From: Betaproteobacteria bacterium
GTDB taxonomy: Bacteria > Pseudomonadota > Gammaproteobacteria > Burkholderiales > Burkholderiaceae_C
Direction: 5' to 3'
Length of the DNA: 41,567 nt
Assembly: GCA_009923345.1 (NCBI GenBank)
Contig: RFTR01000001.1
Span: 1-41,567 of the forward strand
Shown: positions 21,785 through 31,081 of the stretch, in pieces
Layout: every line of letters starts with the position of its first letter
Position numbering within the stretch: position 1 is the stretch's first letter
Made by a program: the position numbers and the translations under genes
The notes under the pieces: generated by a model
Told to the model about the DNA's origin: nothing
Databases searched by the model: none
Seen by the model: the letters and a program-made list of their open reading frames with translations, nothing else

Positions 21785-23125
21785 TTATAGAACCAAAATC
21801 GCACGGAAGTCGTTGACATTGGTGTGTGTTGGGCCTGTTACCAGCAAGTCTTCCAAGCCTTCAAAGAAACTATAGGCATCATTACGATCTAAATAGCTAG
21901 TCGCTTGCATGCCTTTTTCTTTGGCACGATGCAAGGTGTTTGGCGTTACCAAGGCGCCTGCATTGTTTTCTACGCCATCAATTCCGTCAGTGTCTGCAGC
22001 TAGCGCCCATATTTTTTCCTGCGCCTGCAGAGCTACTGCGAGACCTAAACAAAATTCACCAGCGCGTCCGCCTCTCCCTTTAGGCGTTCCTACTACTTGC
22101 TGACGCATCGTCACTGTAGTCTCACCACCACTCAAAATCACACAGGGTTTTTGAAATGGTCCAACTCCTCGTGCAGTCGCTCTTGCCAATGCAGCATGCA
22201 CTTTGCCAACTTCGCGAGACTCACCTTCTAATTCATCGGACAACACATAAGCATTAATGCCTGCATTACGTGCCATCTGAGCTGCAGCCTCTAAGGATTG
22301 CAAGGGCGTTGCTATCAAGTGGACACTGTTGCGCTTCCATTCAACTGTAGGCTTTGGCGTCTCCAACACACCTGCCTTTAAGTCTGCCTCTACATCAGAA
22401 GGTAATGCAATGCCATAGCGTTGCAAAATATTCCAAGCATCTAAACAAGTAGACGCATCCGGCACAGTAGGTCCGCTTGCAATGACAGAGGGGTCATCAC
22501 CCGGCACATCGCTGATGGTGAGTGTCACCACTCGGGCAGGTTGACATGCTGCCGCTAAACGACCACCCTTGATGCGCGACAAATGTTTACGAACACAGTT
22601 CATCTCGCCAATTGATGCGCCGCTGCTCAATAACTCTTGGTTAATGCGTTGTTTATCCTCTAAACGCAAACCGTCGGCTGGTGCCGTGAGCAATGCAGAT
22701 CCGCCGCCTGATATCAAACACAACACCAAATCATTTTCAGTCAACCCTTGCGTCAAAGACAAAATACGTTGCGACGCATCCAGACCCGATTTGTCTGGCA
22801 CAGGGTGAGAGGCCTCCACAATTTCGATGCGTTGTGGTACACCTTGCGGGCGAACCGGCGAGTGTCCATAGCGTGTGATGACCAATCCAGACAAAGGTTT
22901 GTCTTCAGGCCACAAAGCCTCTACGGCATGCGCCATTGCACCTCCAGCTTTACCTGCTCCGAGAACCAAGGTGTGTCCCTTGGGCGGGGTTGGCAAAAAG
23001 GCTTGTGTGTTGTGCAAGGGCATAGCGCGACGCACAGCTGCATCGAACAATTGCCGCAAAAAAGCTTTGGGTTCTGCCCTTACATCTACTAGATTGAAAT
23101 TTTTTCGTGCGACCTCTGTCTGCAT
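21785..23125 (-). CDS. ttuD: Glycerate 2-kinase (MOFRL/TtuD family)
   Basis: GAGKAG, EASHPVPD, ISGGGSAL, SDVPGDD, SGGETTV, DTDGIDG, GPTHTNVND. Confidence 0.9.
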   Translation of the reverse strand: MQTEVARKNFNLVDVRAEPKAFLRQLFDAAVRRAMPLHNTQAFLPTPPKGHTLVLGAGKAGGAMAHAVEALWPEDKPLSGLVITRYGHSPVRPQGVPQRIEIVEASHPVPDKSGLDASQRILSLTQGLTENDLVLCLISGGGSALLTAPADGLRLEDKQRINQELLSSGASIGEMNCVRKHLSRIKGGRLAAACQPARVVTLTISDVPGDDPSVIASGPTVPDASTCLDAWNILQRYGIALPSDVEADLKAGVLETPKPTVEWKRNSVHLIATPLQSLEAAAQMARNAGINAYVLSDELEGESREVGKVHAALARATARGVGPFQKPCVILSGGETTVTMRQQVVGTPKGRGGRAGEFCLGLAVALQAQEKIWALAADTDGIDGVENNAGALVTPNTLHRAKEKGMQATSYLDRNDAYSFFEGLEDLLVTGPTHTNVNDFRAILVL

Positions 23126-24093
23126 TACTTCTTACCCAACCCTAAACGCGCAGCTCCTTCTGTGTAAATTTGGGTGCGTTCTTTCATGAATGCATCCATT
23201 TGCTCAACCCCAATATTGGTTAACTCGAATCCACTTTTAGCGGCAAGCTCTTTCATCTCCGCGTCGTTGTTTAAATTTGCCCAAAGGTCAGATATGCGTT
23301 TGCGCAGTTCTGGTGGCGTGGATTTGGGCATACCGATACCGCGATAAGCACCGTCTACCCAATTCACGCCAAGTTCTTTGAAGGTAGGTACATCTGGCAT
23401 CAAAGGATGACGTTTGTCCATAGCCACTGCCAATGCACGCACACGGGTTTTGTTGGCAATCGCAAAAGGCACATAAGTAATAGCACCGTCTACTTGGCCA
23501 CCCAAAACAGATGTGGTCATATCACCAGTGCCTTTAAACGGCACATAAATCGTTTTGACATTGAATGCGGCATTGAGTCGCTCATGCGCGGCGTGATTGG
23601 CTGAATTCAATCCTGAGCCACCCAACGAGAGTTTGCCAGGCTCTTTTTTGGCAGACTCAACAAATTCTGCGAAATTTTTAATAGCGCTGGCAACAGGGAC
23701 TACCAAGATATCTGGTGTGTAGTGAAACCAATACACAGGAGTGATATCTGTCGTCTTGTATTGCACCTGACCCTCAATCGGTTGGAACACGATGTGCGGC
23801 AAGTTGATGCCGACCACATTGAATCCATCTCCAGGCAATGTATTAATTTGCGACCACATCAACGCACCGCCAGCACCCGCCTTGTATTGCACGATGGTTT
23901 CAATCGCGGGGCATTTGCGTTTAAGCACAGTTTGTTGGTGCCGCGCTGATAAATCAGATTCGCCACCCGGAGTGAAGGCTTGCCAATAGTTCACGTTTTT
24001 GTCTGGGCAGGGTTGTGCCCAAACGCTGGTAGCCAACAGGGCCCCGATCAGGCCCGACATAAGCACGGCATATTTAGTGTTGAAAATCGTCAT
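23125..24093 (-). CDS. Bug/TctC tripartite tricarboxylate transporter substrate-binding protein
   Basis: Signal peptide, FTPGGESD, GAGGALMW, VPFKGTG, PDVPTFKELG; GGAG SD. Confidence 0.9.
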   Translation of the reverse strand: MTIFNTKYAVLMSGLIGALLATSVWAQPCPDKNVNYWQAFTPGGESDLSARHQQTVLKRKCPAIETIVQYKAGAGGALMWSQINTLPGDGFNVVGINLPHIVFQPIEGQVQYKTTDITPVYWFHYTPDILVVPVASAIKNFAEFVESAKKEPGKLSLGGSGLNSANHAAHERLNAAFNVKTIYVPFKGTGDMTTSVLGGQVDGAITYVPFAIANKTRVRALAVAMDKRHPLMPDVPTFKELGVNWVDGAYRGIGMPKSTPPELRKRISDLWANLNNDAEMKELAAKSGFELTNIGVEQMDAFMKERTQIYTEGAARLGLGKK

Positions 24094-24120
24094 AGCTGTC
24101 TCCTAGTTTTTTTACTTAAA

Positions 24121-25185
24121 TCAACTCAACTCTGCACACACTGCTTGGGTGACTTGGTCTGTAGTTGCCTTACCGCCTAAGTCCCCTGTATGCAACACAG
24201 GGTTTGCGGTTACTTTTTCAATCGCGGCCATCAATGCATTGGCAGTTTCTTTTTCTCCCAAATGCTCCAAGAGCATGACACAACTCCAGAAAGTTCCAAC
24301 AGGGTTTGCCAGACCTTTGCCCATGATGTCAAAGGCAGAGCCGTGGATAGGCTCAAACATACTGGGGTAGCGACGTTCAGGATCGATGTTGCCGGTGGGC
24401 GCGATGCCCAAACTGCCGGCCAGCGCAGCAGCAAGGTCACTCAAGATATCAGCATGCAAATTGGTAGCGACCAAGGTATCCAACGTCGCAGGACGATTAA
24501 CCATGCGCGCAGTAGCAGCGTCTACCAATTCTTTGTCCCACTTCACGTCCGGAAATTCTTTGCTGATTTGCACGGCGATTTCATCCCACATCACCATGGC
24601 ATGGCGTTGGGCGTTCGACTTGGTTACTACCGTCAACAATTTACGAGGACGCGATTGCGCTAACTTAAACGCATAACGCATGATGCGCTCTACGCCCGCA
24701 CGCGTCATCATCGACACATCAGTTGCTACCTCAATCGGATGGCCTTGGTGCGCGCGTCCACCGACACCTGCGTATTCACCCTCTGAGTTTTCACGAACGA
24801 TCACCCAATCCAAGTCTTTGGGTGTGCAGCGCTTCAGCGGTGCATCGATACCCGGCAAGATACGTGTGGGACGCACATTGGCATATTGGTCAAAACCTTG
24901 GCAAATTTTGAGGCGCAGGCCCCACAAGGTAATGTGATCTGGAATATCAGGGTCCCCAGCAGAGCCAAACAATATGGCATCCATGGGTCGTAATGCATCC
25001 AATCCATCCGCGGGCATCATTTCGCCATGTTCGCGGTACCAGTCACCACCCCATCCGAAATGGCTGAATGTAAATTGAAAGCTCTTAGATTTATTCGCTA
25101 AAGCTTCCAAGACAAGTTCGCCAGCGGGAATAACTTCTTTACCAATACCGTCTCCGGGAATGCATGCAATTTTGTAAGTTTTCAT
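24121..25185 (-). CDS. ttuC: Tartrate dehydrogenase / D-malate dehydrogenase (decarboxylating)
   Basis: IPGDGIGKEV, IPDHITLWG, FDQYANVRP, VRENSEGEY, DILSDL, SMFEPIHGSAFDI. Confidence 0.9.
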   Translation of the reverse strand: MKTYKIACIPGDGIGKEVIPAGELVLEALANKSKSFQFTFSHFGWGGDWYREHGEMMPADGLDALRPMDAILFGSAGDPDIPDHITLWGLRLKICQGFDQYANVRPTRILPGIDAPLKRCTPKDLDWVIVRENSEGEYAGVGGRAHQGHPIEVATDVSMMTRAGVERIMRYAFKLAQSRPRKLLTVVTKSNAQRHAMVMWDEIAVQISKEFPDVKWDKELVDAATARMVNRPATLDTLVATNLHADILSDLAAALAGSLGIAPTGNIDPERRYPSMFEPIHGSAFDIMGKGLANPVGTFWSCVMLLEHLGEKETANALMAAIEKVTANPVLHTGDLGGKATTDQVTQAVCAELS

Positions 25186-25296
25186 GGTGTAGTTTTCGAT
25201 CTTTTCATTTTGATTTTCAAAACACAGACTTTAAGCGTTCGAGACTAGCGTTTCTTACTCTCGAGTTAAAGTAGTGACAGATACATTTTGACGCAT

Positions 25297-26733
25297 ATGG
25301 CCACCCTTCTTATTCATCGCGCCCAACACCTAGCCACCCAAGACGATCACGACACCGAACTCCAAGGTGCTTCGGTTTTAGTACGTGACGGACGTATCGC
25401 ACGTATCTTTACCAAAGACGAGCCGCTAGATGCATGGTTGGCAGATAACCCAGTGGATGAAGTAATCGATGCGCGCAAGCATGTTGTGATCCCCGGAATG
25501 GTGAACACGCATCACCACATGGTGCAATGCCTCACACGTGCAGTACCGCAGGTTCAAAACGCGGAGTTGTTTTCTTGGTTGAAAGGCTTGTATCCCATAT
25601 GGCTAGGGCTAACACCAGAAATGGTGTGCGTCTCAAACCAAGTAGCGATGGCTGAATTACTGCTATCTGGGTGCACAACCACCAGTGACCACCTCTACAT
25701 CTATCCCAACGGCGTCAGATTGGATGACAGCATAGAAGCAGCACATACGATTGGCATGCGATTCACTGCCACACGCGGCAGTATGAGCGTGGGGGAATCA
25801 CAGGGTGGTCTTCCTCCCGATCAAGCCGTTGAAAAAGAACCCTTCATATTGAAAGAAACCCAACGCCTCATAGAGACTTGGCATGACGCCAGTTTTGGTT
25901 CCATGACCCATGTAGCAGTTGCACCTTGCTCCCCATTCAGTGTGAGCCAAGATTTAATGCGAGAGTCTGCCAAATTAGCCCGCGCACATGGCGTGCGCTT
26001 GCACACGCACTTGGCAGAAAACGACCACGATGTCGCTTACACCCAAGAAAAATTCAATTGCACGCCTGCGCAATATGCGCAAGATTTAGACTGGGTAGGC
26101 AATGACGTGTGGCATGCCCATTGCGTCAAGTTAGACGACGATGGCGCATATCTTTTTGCCAAAACCCGCACAGGCTTAGCGCACTGCCCTTGCAGCAATA
26201 TGCGACTTGCAAGTGGCATATTGCCACTGCGCCAGTTTCTCGATATGGGCGTCCCTATTGGTTTAGGCGTAGACGGCAGCGCTAGCAATGACGCAGGGCA
26301 TATGTTGAACGAAGCGCGTCAAGCCATGCTGCTTGCGCGTGTGGGTCGTGGAAACCAGCCGCCACAAACTAAGAATGGACAAACATTTTTCGGTTGCGAT
26401 GTAGGACCTTCGGAAATGACGCCACGCGACGCTATTCGTTTAGCAACGCGCGGAGGCGCTGAGGTCCTAGGGCGTTCCCATGAGATTGGCCAGATCAAAG
26501 TGGGCTATTGCGCCGACTTCGCAATGTTTCGCACCGACACAATCAGCATGGCAGGTGGTGCAGTGCATGACCCCTTAGGAGCTTTGCTTTTGTGCTCTAG
26601 CGATAACGCTGACTACACAATTGTGAATGGGCGGGTGATAGTGCGAGAAGGCCAACTGAATTCAGTAGATGTCAATAAATTAATAGAAAAGCATAATAAT
26701 TTTTCGATTGAATTGGCTAAAATTAGTTATTAA
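25297..26733 (+). CDS. 8-oxoguanine deaminase-like amidohydrolase (AtzB family)
   Basis: NTHHHMVQ, DHLYIYP, APCSPFSVS, HTHLAE, WHAHCV, CPCSNMRL, GVDGSASND; adjacent to purine catabolism genes. Confidence 0.85.
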   Translation: MATLLIHRAQHLATQDDHDTELQGASVLVRDGRIARIFTKDEPLDAWLADNPVDEVIDARKHVVIPGMVNTHHHMVQCLTRAVPQVQNAELFSWLKGLYPIWLGLTPEMVCVSNQVAMAELLLSGCTTTSDHLYIYPNGVRLDDSIEAAHTIGMRFTATRGSMSVGESQGGLPPDQAVEKEPFILKETQRLIETWHDASFGSMTHVAVAPCSPFSVSQDLMRESAKLARAHGVRLHTHLAENDHDVAYTQEKFNCTPAQYAQDLDWVGNDVWHAHCVKLDDDGAYLFAKTRTGLAHCPCSNMRLASGILPLRQFLDMGVPIGLGVDGSASNDAGHMLNEARQAMLLARVGRGNQPPQTKNGQTFFGCDVGPSEMTPRDAIRLATRGGAEVLGRSHEIGQIKVGYCADFAMFRTDTISMAGGAVHDPLGALLLCSSDNADYTIVNGRVIVREGQLNSVDVNKLIEKHNNFSIELAKISY

Positions 26734-26770
26734 TAATTTAAAATGAATTTAGCTAAAATGGCTAAAAATA
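26712..26770 (+). promoter_or_regulatory. Putative TA promoter/operator
   Basis: AT-rich; GCTAAAA occurs three times (26716, 26752, 26761); palindrome TTTAGCTAAA 26748-26757; TAAAAT hexamer at 26739. Confidence 0.55.
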
Positions 26771-26784
26771 AACAGGGAGGTCAA

Positions 26785-27054
26785 ATGCACATTACAGCGA
26801 CAGAAGCTAAAAATAAGTTTGGCAGCATTTGCTCTGCTGCAAAACGTTCGCCTGTCTTCGTGGAAAAAGCGGGACAAGTCGATACTGTCATTCTCTCGGT
26901 TGATCAATACCGCGCACTTCAAGCCAACCAAAACACCAATTCCTTCGCCAATCGCAAAAAAGAATTTGAGATGGAATATCGCGAATGGATAGTTGCTCAA
27001 AATAACTGGGTTGATGGACAGGGTATCCCTGGCGCAGATCTACGTCCTTGGTAG
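26785..27054 (+). CDS. Chimeric antitoxin: Phd/YefM N-domain plus CcdA-like C-terminus
   Basis: ITATEAKNKFG...PVFVEKAG...VILSVDQY (Phd/YefM) followed by EYREWIVAQNNWVDGQGIPGADLRPW (CcdA-like); GGAGG SD 26776-26780. Confidence 0.8.
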   Translation: MHITATEAKNKFGSICSAAKRSPVFVEKAGQVDTVILSVDQYRALQANQNTNSFANRKKEFEMEYREWIVAQNNWVDGQGIPGADLRPW

Positions 27055-27060
27055 TTAGTG

Positions 27061-27375
27061 ATGGCGCAATTCGACGTCTATGTGAATCCAAGTGAAAGCG
27101 CTTCAAAGGGAATTCCTTATGTTGTGGTCATGCAGAGCGACTTGCTTGAGTCTTTAGCGACCCGCATGACGATTCCACTTGCAAGCATTGAGTTTGCATC
27201 TAAAGCGCCTGAAAAACTTTGTCCGACTGTCCTTGTAAATGGCCAACTTTTGCGCGCATTAGCCCATTACGCCGCTCCGCTTCCCTCAAAAAATTTGAAG
27301 AAAGTCGTCAGCAATCTTTCCAGATCTTCAGATGCCCTTATCGGCGCTATTGATGCAGTCTTTGCTGGGGTTTAA
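27061..27375 (+). CDS. ccdB: CcdB family toxin
   Basis: MAQFDVYVNP, PYVVVMQSDLL..LATRMTIPL, LCP, AIDAVFAGV terminus. Confidence 0.9.
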   Translation: MAQFDVYVNPSESASKGIPYVVVMQSDLLESLATRMTIPLASIEFASKAPEKLCPTVLVNGQLLRALAHYAAPLPSKNLKKVVSNLSRSSDALIGAIDAVFAGV

Positions 27376-27379
27376 GGTG

Positions 27380-28343
27380 TCATTTCACCAAAGCAACTGA
27401 CTTCACTTGCGCCCAAGCCTGCGTTCCAACTTGTAACCCTAAATCGTGTACACCACGCGCAGTTACGCGCGCAAGCAAAAACACCTCACCACAACGCAAG
27501 CGCAACAACACTTGCGAGGGATGAGACTCTGCATGGATGGACTCGACTACACAAGGTAAATGGTTTTGAATACTGGTGTTTTGAGCCTCTTCTAGGGTAA
27601 TACTCACATCGCGTGCCAACACGCGTAAGCGCACTGGTTGACCTATTTGCCACCAAAGGAAGATCGATATTGGAGAGCACCTCAGTAACAGGCCCTAGCG
27701 CGCGCACTTGTCCAGACTCCATCACAACCAAGGTATCCGCTAAGCGCACCACTTCATCAGCAGCATGCGTGACATAAAGCATGGGGATTTTCAATTCGTC
27801 ACGTAATTTTTCTAACCATGGCAAGATATCTTTTTTGCGCGCAAGATCTAAGGACGCAAGCGGCTCATCAAGCAAAAGCAGTTTAGGTTGCGTCGCTAAG
27901 GCTCTTGCAATCGCTACACGTTGACGCTCACCGCCAGAGAGTTGGTCAGTACGCCTGTGTAGTAATTCACCAATACCTAGTAAGGCAATGGCTTCATCGA
28001 GAACCATTTGTTGATTGCGCGCATGGCTTCGCTTCAATCCATAAGACAAATTGGCCGCAACATCTAAGTGTGCAAATAAAGAGGCCTCTTGGAACACATA
28101 ACCCAAGGGTCTTTGGGAAGTGGGCAGGCTTAACCCTAACGAATCGTCTTGCCAACTATCTGAGCCCACTTGCACCCGTCCACGCGCTTGCGTCTCTAGC
28201 CCAGCAACGCAACGCAACAAAGTAGTTTTGCCAGAACCTGATGGGCCGTAAATAACACTGATTCCCTGCGCCGGCAGATGCAGGTCCACTTTCAAATTGA
28301 AACTGCTACGCGCCAGATCGAGTTGCAATCGGATTGCATTCAT
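27380..28343 (-). pseudogene. modC: Molybdate ABC ATPase with internal deletion and frameshift
   Basis: Intact GPSGSGKT, VFQEASLF, LSGGERQR, LLDEP, YVTH; frame changes near 27650 and the TOBE tail (IGQPVRLRVLARDVS...AQVKSVAL) is in another frame. Confidence 0.85.
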
Positions 28344-29029
28344 GTGGCTGTTTGCGCCTTACGCCTGTTCGTCCATGAAAGCACGAGTAGCACCAGAAAA
28401 GAAAACACCAACATTGCACCCGCAAGACCATGTGCTTGCGCATATTCCATAGCCTCCACATGGCCATAAATTTGGGTCGATACCACGCGCGTTTTGTCTG
28501 GGATATTGCCGCCAATCATCAGCACCACACCGAACTCTCCAACGGTATGCGCAAAACTCAACATGGCCGCCATCACAAACCCAGGTTTAGCCAACGGAAT
28601 TGCCACTGTAAAGAATGCGTCTAATTTATTGGCGCGCAAAGTAGCGGCGACCTCCATGGGGCGTGAACCCATCGCTTCAAAAGCATTGACCAAAGGTTGC
28701 ACCGCAAAGGGCAAGGAGTAAATCATTGAGCCCAATACCAAACCCGAAAAGCTAAATGCCAATGAACCCCAACCGGCCCAATGTGTGAATTGCCCTACAG
28801 GCCCGAGTGGTCCCAATGCAATCAGCAAATAAAACCCCAACACGGTCGGAGGCAATACCAAGGGCAGAGCCACCAAGGCAGCGATAGGTGCACGCCATCT
28901 AGATGGCGTATGCGCCAACCACCAAGCAATAGGCGTTGCAATCAGTAACAGCAATACCGTCGTGACACTCGCTAATTGCAGCGTCAAAAAAATAGTAGAG
29001 AGGTCTTCTGTAGTGAGGTGCATATTCAC
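28340..29029 (-). CDS. modB: Molybdate ABC permease
   Basis: [36 protein letters not shown]. Start is GTG 29029 or ATG 29023. Confidence 0.96.
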   Translation of the reverse strand: MNMHLTTEDLSTIFLTLQLASVTTVLLLLIATPIAWWLAHTPSRWRAPIAALVALPLVLPPTVLGFYLLIALGPLGPVGQFTHWAGWGSLAFSFSGLVLGSMIYSLPFAVQPLVNAFEAMGSRPMEVAATLRANKLDAFFTVAIPLAKPGFVMAAMLSFAHTVGEFGVVLMIGGNIPDKTRVVSTQIYGHVEAMEYAQAHGLAGAMLVFSFLVLLVLSWTNRRKAQTAT

Positions 29030-29033
29030 GACT

Positions 29034-29813
29034 CTACAGGCTATAGCCGTAAGTGCGGATGATGGTTTGTGCGCGGTCGGTACGCATATATTTCATCAAG
29101 GCAAGCGCTGCTAAATTGTCTTTACCCACAGGCAGTAAGACTGCATCTTGCTTCAATGGCGTATATAAATTTTGCGGTACCACCCAGGCACTGCCTTGGG
29201 TAATGCGCCCATCTATCGAGATTTGCGACAAGGCCACGAAGCCAAGCTCTGCGTTCTCTGTCATCACGAATTGAAAGGCTTGGCCGATGCTGTCACCTTG
29301 CACCAGTTTAGGCCTCACTTTGGCTAACGCACCCATGCGGTCCAAGACCTCCAATGCCGCGGCGCCATAGGGCGCAAGCCTGGGGTCAGCAATTGCTAGT
29401 TTCTTGAAGCCATTTTTATCTGTGGTGTTACTTAGCAGTACTTGACCTTTGTCATCCACCAAGGAGTGGTTCTTGCTCCACAAGGCCAATCTTCCAACCG
29501 CGTATGTAAATCTTGTGCCAACCACAGCAACACCTTCTTTTTCTAAGCGAGCGGGTGTTTCATCATCAGCAGACAACAAAACAGCAAAGGGTGCACCATT
29601 CTTAATTTGCGCATAAAACTTTCCTGTTGCTCCAAATGCTAGCAAGGCCTTATGCCCGGTATCTTGTTCAAAGGCTTGCGCAATTTTTTGCATTGGAGCG
29701 GTGAAATTGGCAGCGACGGCTACGGTTACCTCTTCTGCCTTTGCAGTTGCGCATGCAACAGCGCTAATCGAAATAATTACCCACCCAAAAAGTCGAAGGA
29801 AGAGTGATGGCAT
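29034..29813 (-). CDS. modA: Molybdate-binding periplasmic protein
   Basis: [41 protein letters not shown]. Confidence 0.95.
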   Translation of the reverse strand: MPSLFLRLFGWVIISISAVACATAKAEEVTVAVAANFTAPMQKIAQAFEQDTGHKALLAFGATGKFYAQIKNGAPFAVLLSADDETPARLEKEGVAVVGTRFTYAVGRLALWSKNHSLVDDKGQVLLSNTTDKNGFKKLAIADPRLAPYGAAALEVLDRMGALAKVRPKLVQGDSIGQAFQFVMTENAELGFVALSQISIDGRITQGSAWVVPQNLYTPLKQDAVLLPVGKDNLAALALMKYMRTDRAQTIIRTYGYSL

Positions 29814-29832
29814 GAGCTTAGGGTTAAACGCA

Positions 29833-31050
29833 TTACTTTAGCGCAGCGCCACCTTCGAACCAGCGCTTGATCAATAGGCGCTCGTCTTCGGTAATGCCCG
29901 TGGCATTGTTCATGGGCATTTGACGCAAGACGACAGTTTGCTGATAAATACCAAGCGCGTGTTGCTTCACCCCTTCAGGGGAATCAAAACGTACATTTTT
30001 CATTTGTACTTGCTCGCCGTGGCAGGAAAGGCAACGTTGCGCAAATACTTGTTGCACTTGTACATAGCTCACTGGCGCAACATTGCTAGCAGTTGAATCG
30101 GAAGATGAAGGTGCAGGTCGCATCCATACGATTACACCGATCAAAACCACAACACCGGCGACAGCAAACGGCAACGGGTTTTTAGCGCGCCCTAAGTGGT
30201 AGGCATGGCGCTGCACAAAGAACTGACGGATTAAGGCGCCCGACAACATCATCAGCACCAATATCACCCAGTGATTTTTATGTGTGTATAAAAAACTGTA
30301 ATGGTTGCTGAGCATCGCAAAAATCACAGGCAGAGTGAAGTAGGTGTTATGCACACTGCGCTGTTTTCCGCGTTTGCCGTGCATGGCCAGCTCTTTGGGA
30401 TCCATAGCCACGCCAGAAGTCATGGCAGCCACTACTTTGCGTTGCCCCGGAATGATCCAGAAAAACACATTGGCACTCATCGCAGTGGCAATCATCGCAC
30501 CCACCAACAAAAAGGCCGCACGACCAGCAAACAAATGACAGGCTAGCCAAGAAGCGAAAGCAATCACCACAAACATACTGGCGCCGACAATCAGTTCGCC
30601 GTTCTGTCTAAATCCAAAGGCGCGACTGATCACGTCGTAAATAAACCAAAACACCACCAAAAATGCCAAGGCCGCACAAATAGCTTGCGCACTCGACCAG
30701 TCCATCAAAGACTTGTCAATTAAAAAAGTTCCAGCGTTCCACAAATATAAAACCGTAAATAGCGCAAAACCAGACAACCAGGTGGAGTAACTTTCCCAAT
30801 AAAACCAGTGCAGCTTAGTGTGGATTTTTTTAGGTGCCACCATATATTTTTGGGGGTTATAAAAACCGCCACCATGAACGGCCCACATTGCACCATCCAC
30901 ACCTTTTTCAAGCAAGTCAGGGGAGTTAGGCCGGATCAGGTTGTTATCTAAAAAGACAAAATAGAACGACGAACCAATCCATGCAATAGCCGTGATCACA
31001 TGCACCCAACGCAGAAGTAAATTCACCCAATCTAAAAAATACGCATCCAT
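29833..31050 (-). CDS. puuD: Membrane urate hydroxylase with C-terminal cytochrome c
   Basis: LLRWVHVITAIAWIGSSFYF, HGGGFY, WESYSTWLSGF, RSVHNTYFTLP, SNHY, CLSCH heme motif. Confidence 0.92.
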   Translation of the reverse strand: MDAYFLDWVNLLLRWVHVITAIAWIGSSFYFVFLDNNLIRPNSPDLLEKGVDGAMWAVHGGGFYNPQKYMVAPKKIHTKLHWFYWESYSTWLSGFALFTVLYLWNAGTFLIDKSLMDWSSAQAICAALAFLVVFWFIYDVISRAFGFRQNGELIVGASMFVVIAFASWLACHLFAGRAAFLLVGAMIATAMSANVFFWIIPGQRKVVAAMTSGVAMDPKELAMHGKRGKQRSVHNTYFTLPVIFAMLSNHYSFLYTHKNHWVILVLMMLSGALIRQFFVQRHAYHLGRAKNPLPFAVAGVVVLIGVIVWMRPAPSSSDSTASNVAPVSYVQVQQVFAQRCLSCHGEQVQMKNVRFDSPEGVKQHALGIYQQTVVLRQMPMNNATGITEDERLLIKRWFEGGAALK

Positions 31051-31081
31051 ATTCGCTTTTACGCCTTTACATTGTGTTCAA

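Noticed and set aside
27486-27650. Programmed frameshift in modC
   Set aside because: No slippery sequence or stimulator, and coding sequence appears to be missing, which indicates deletion and not recoding.
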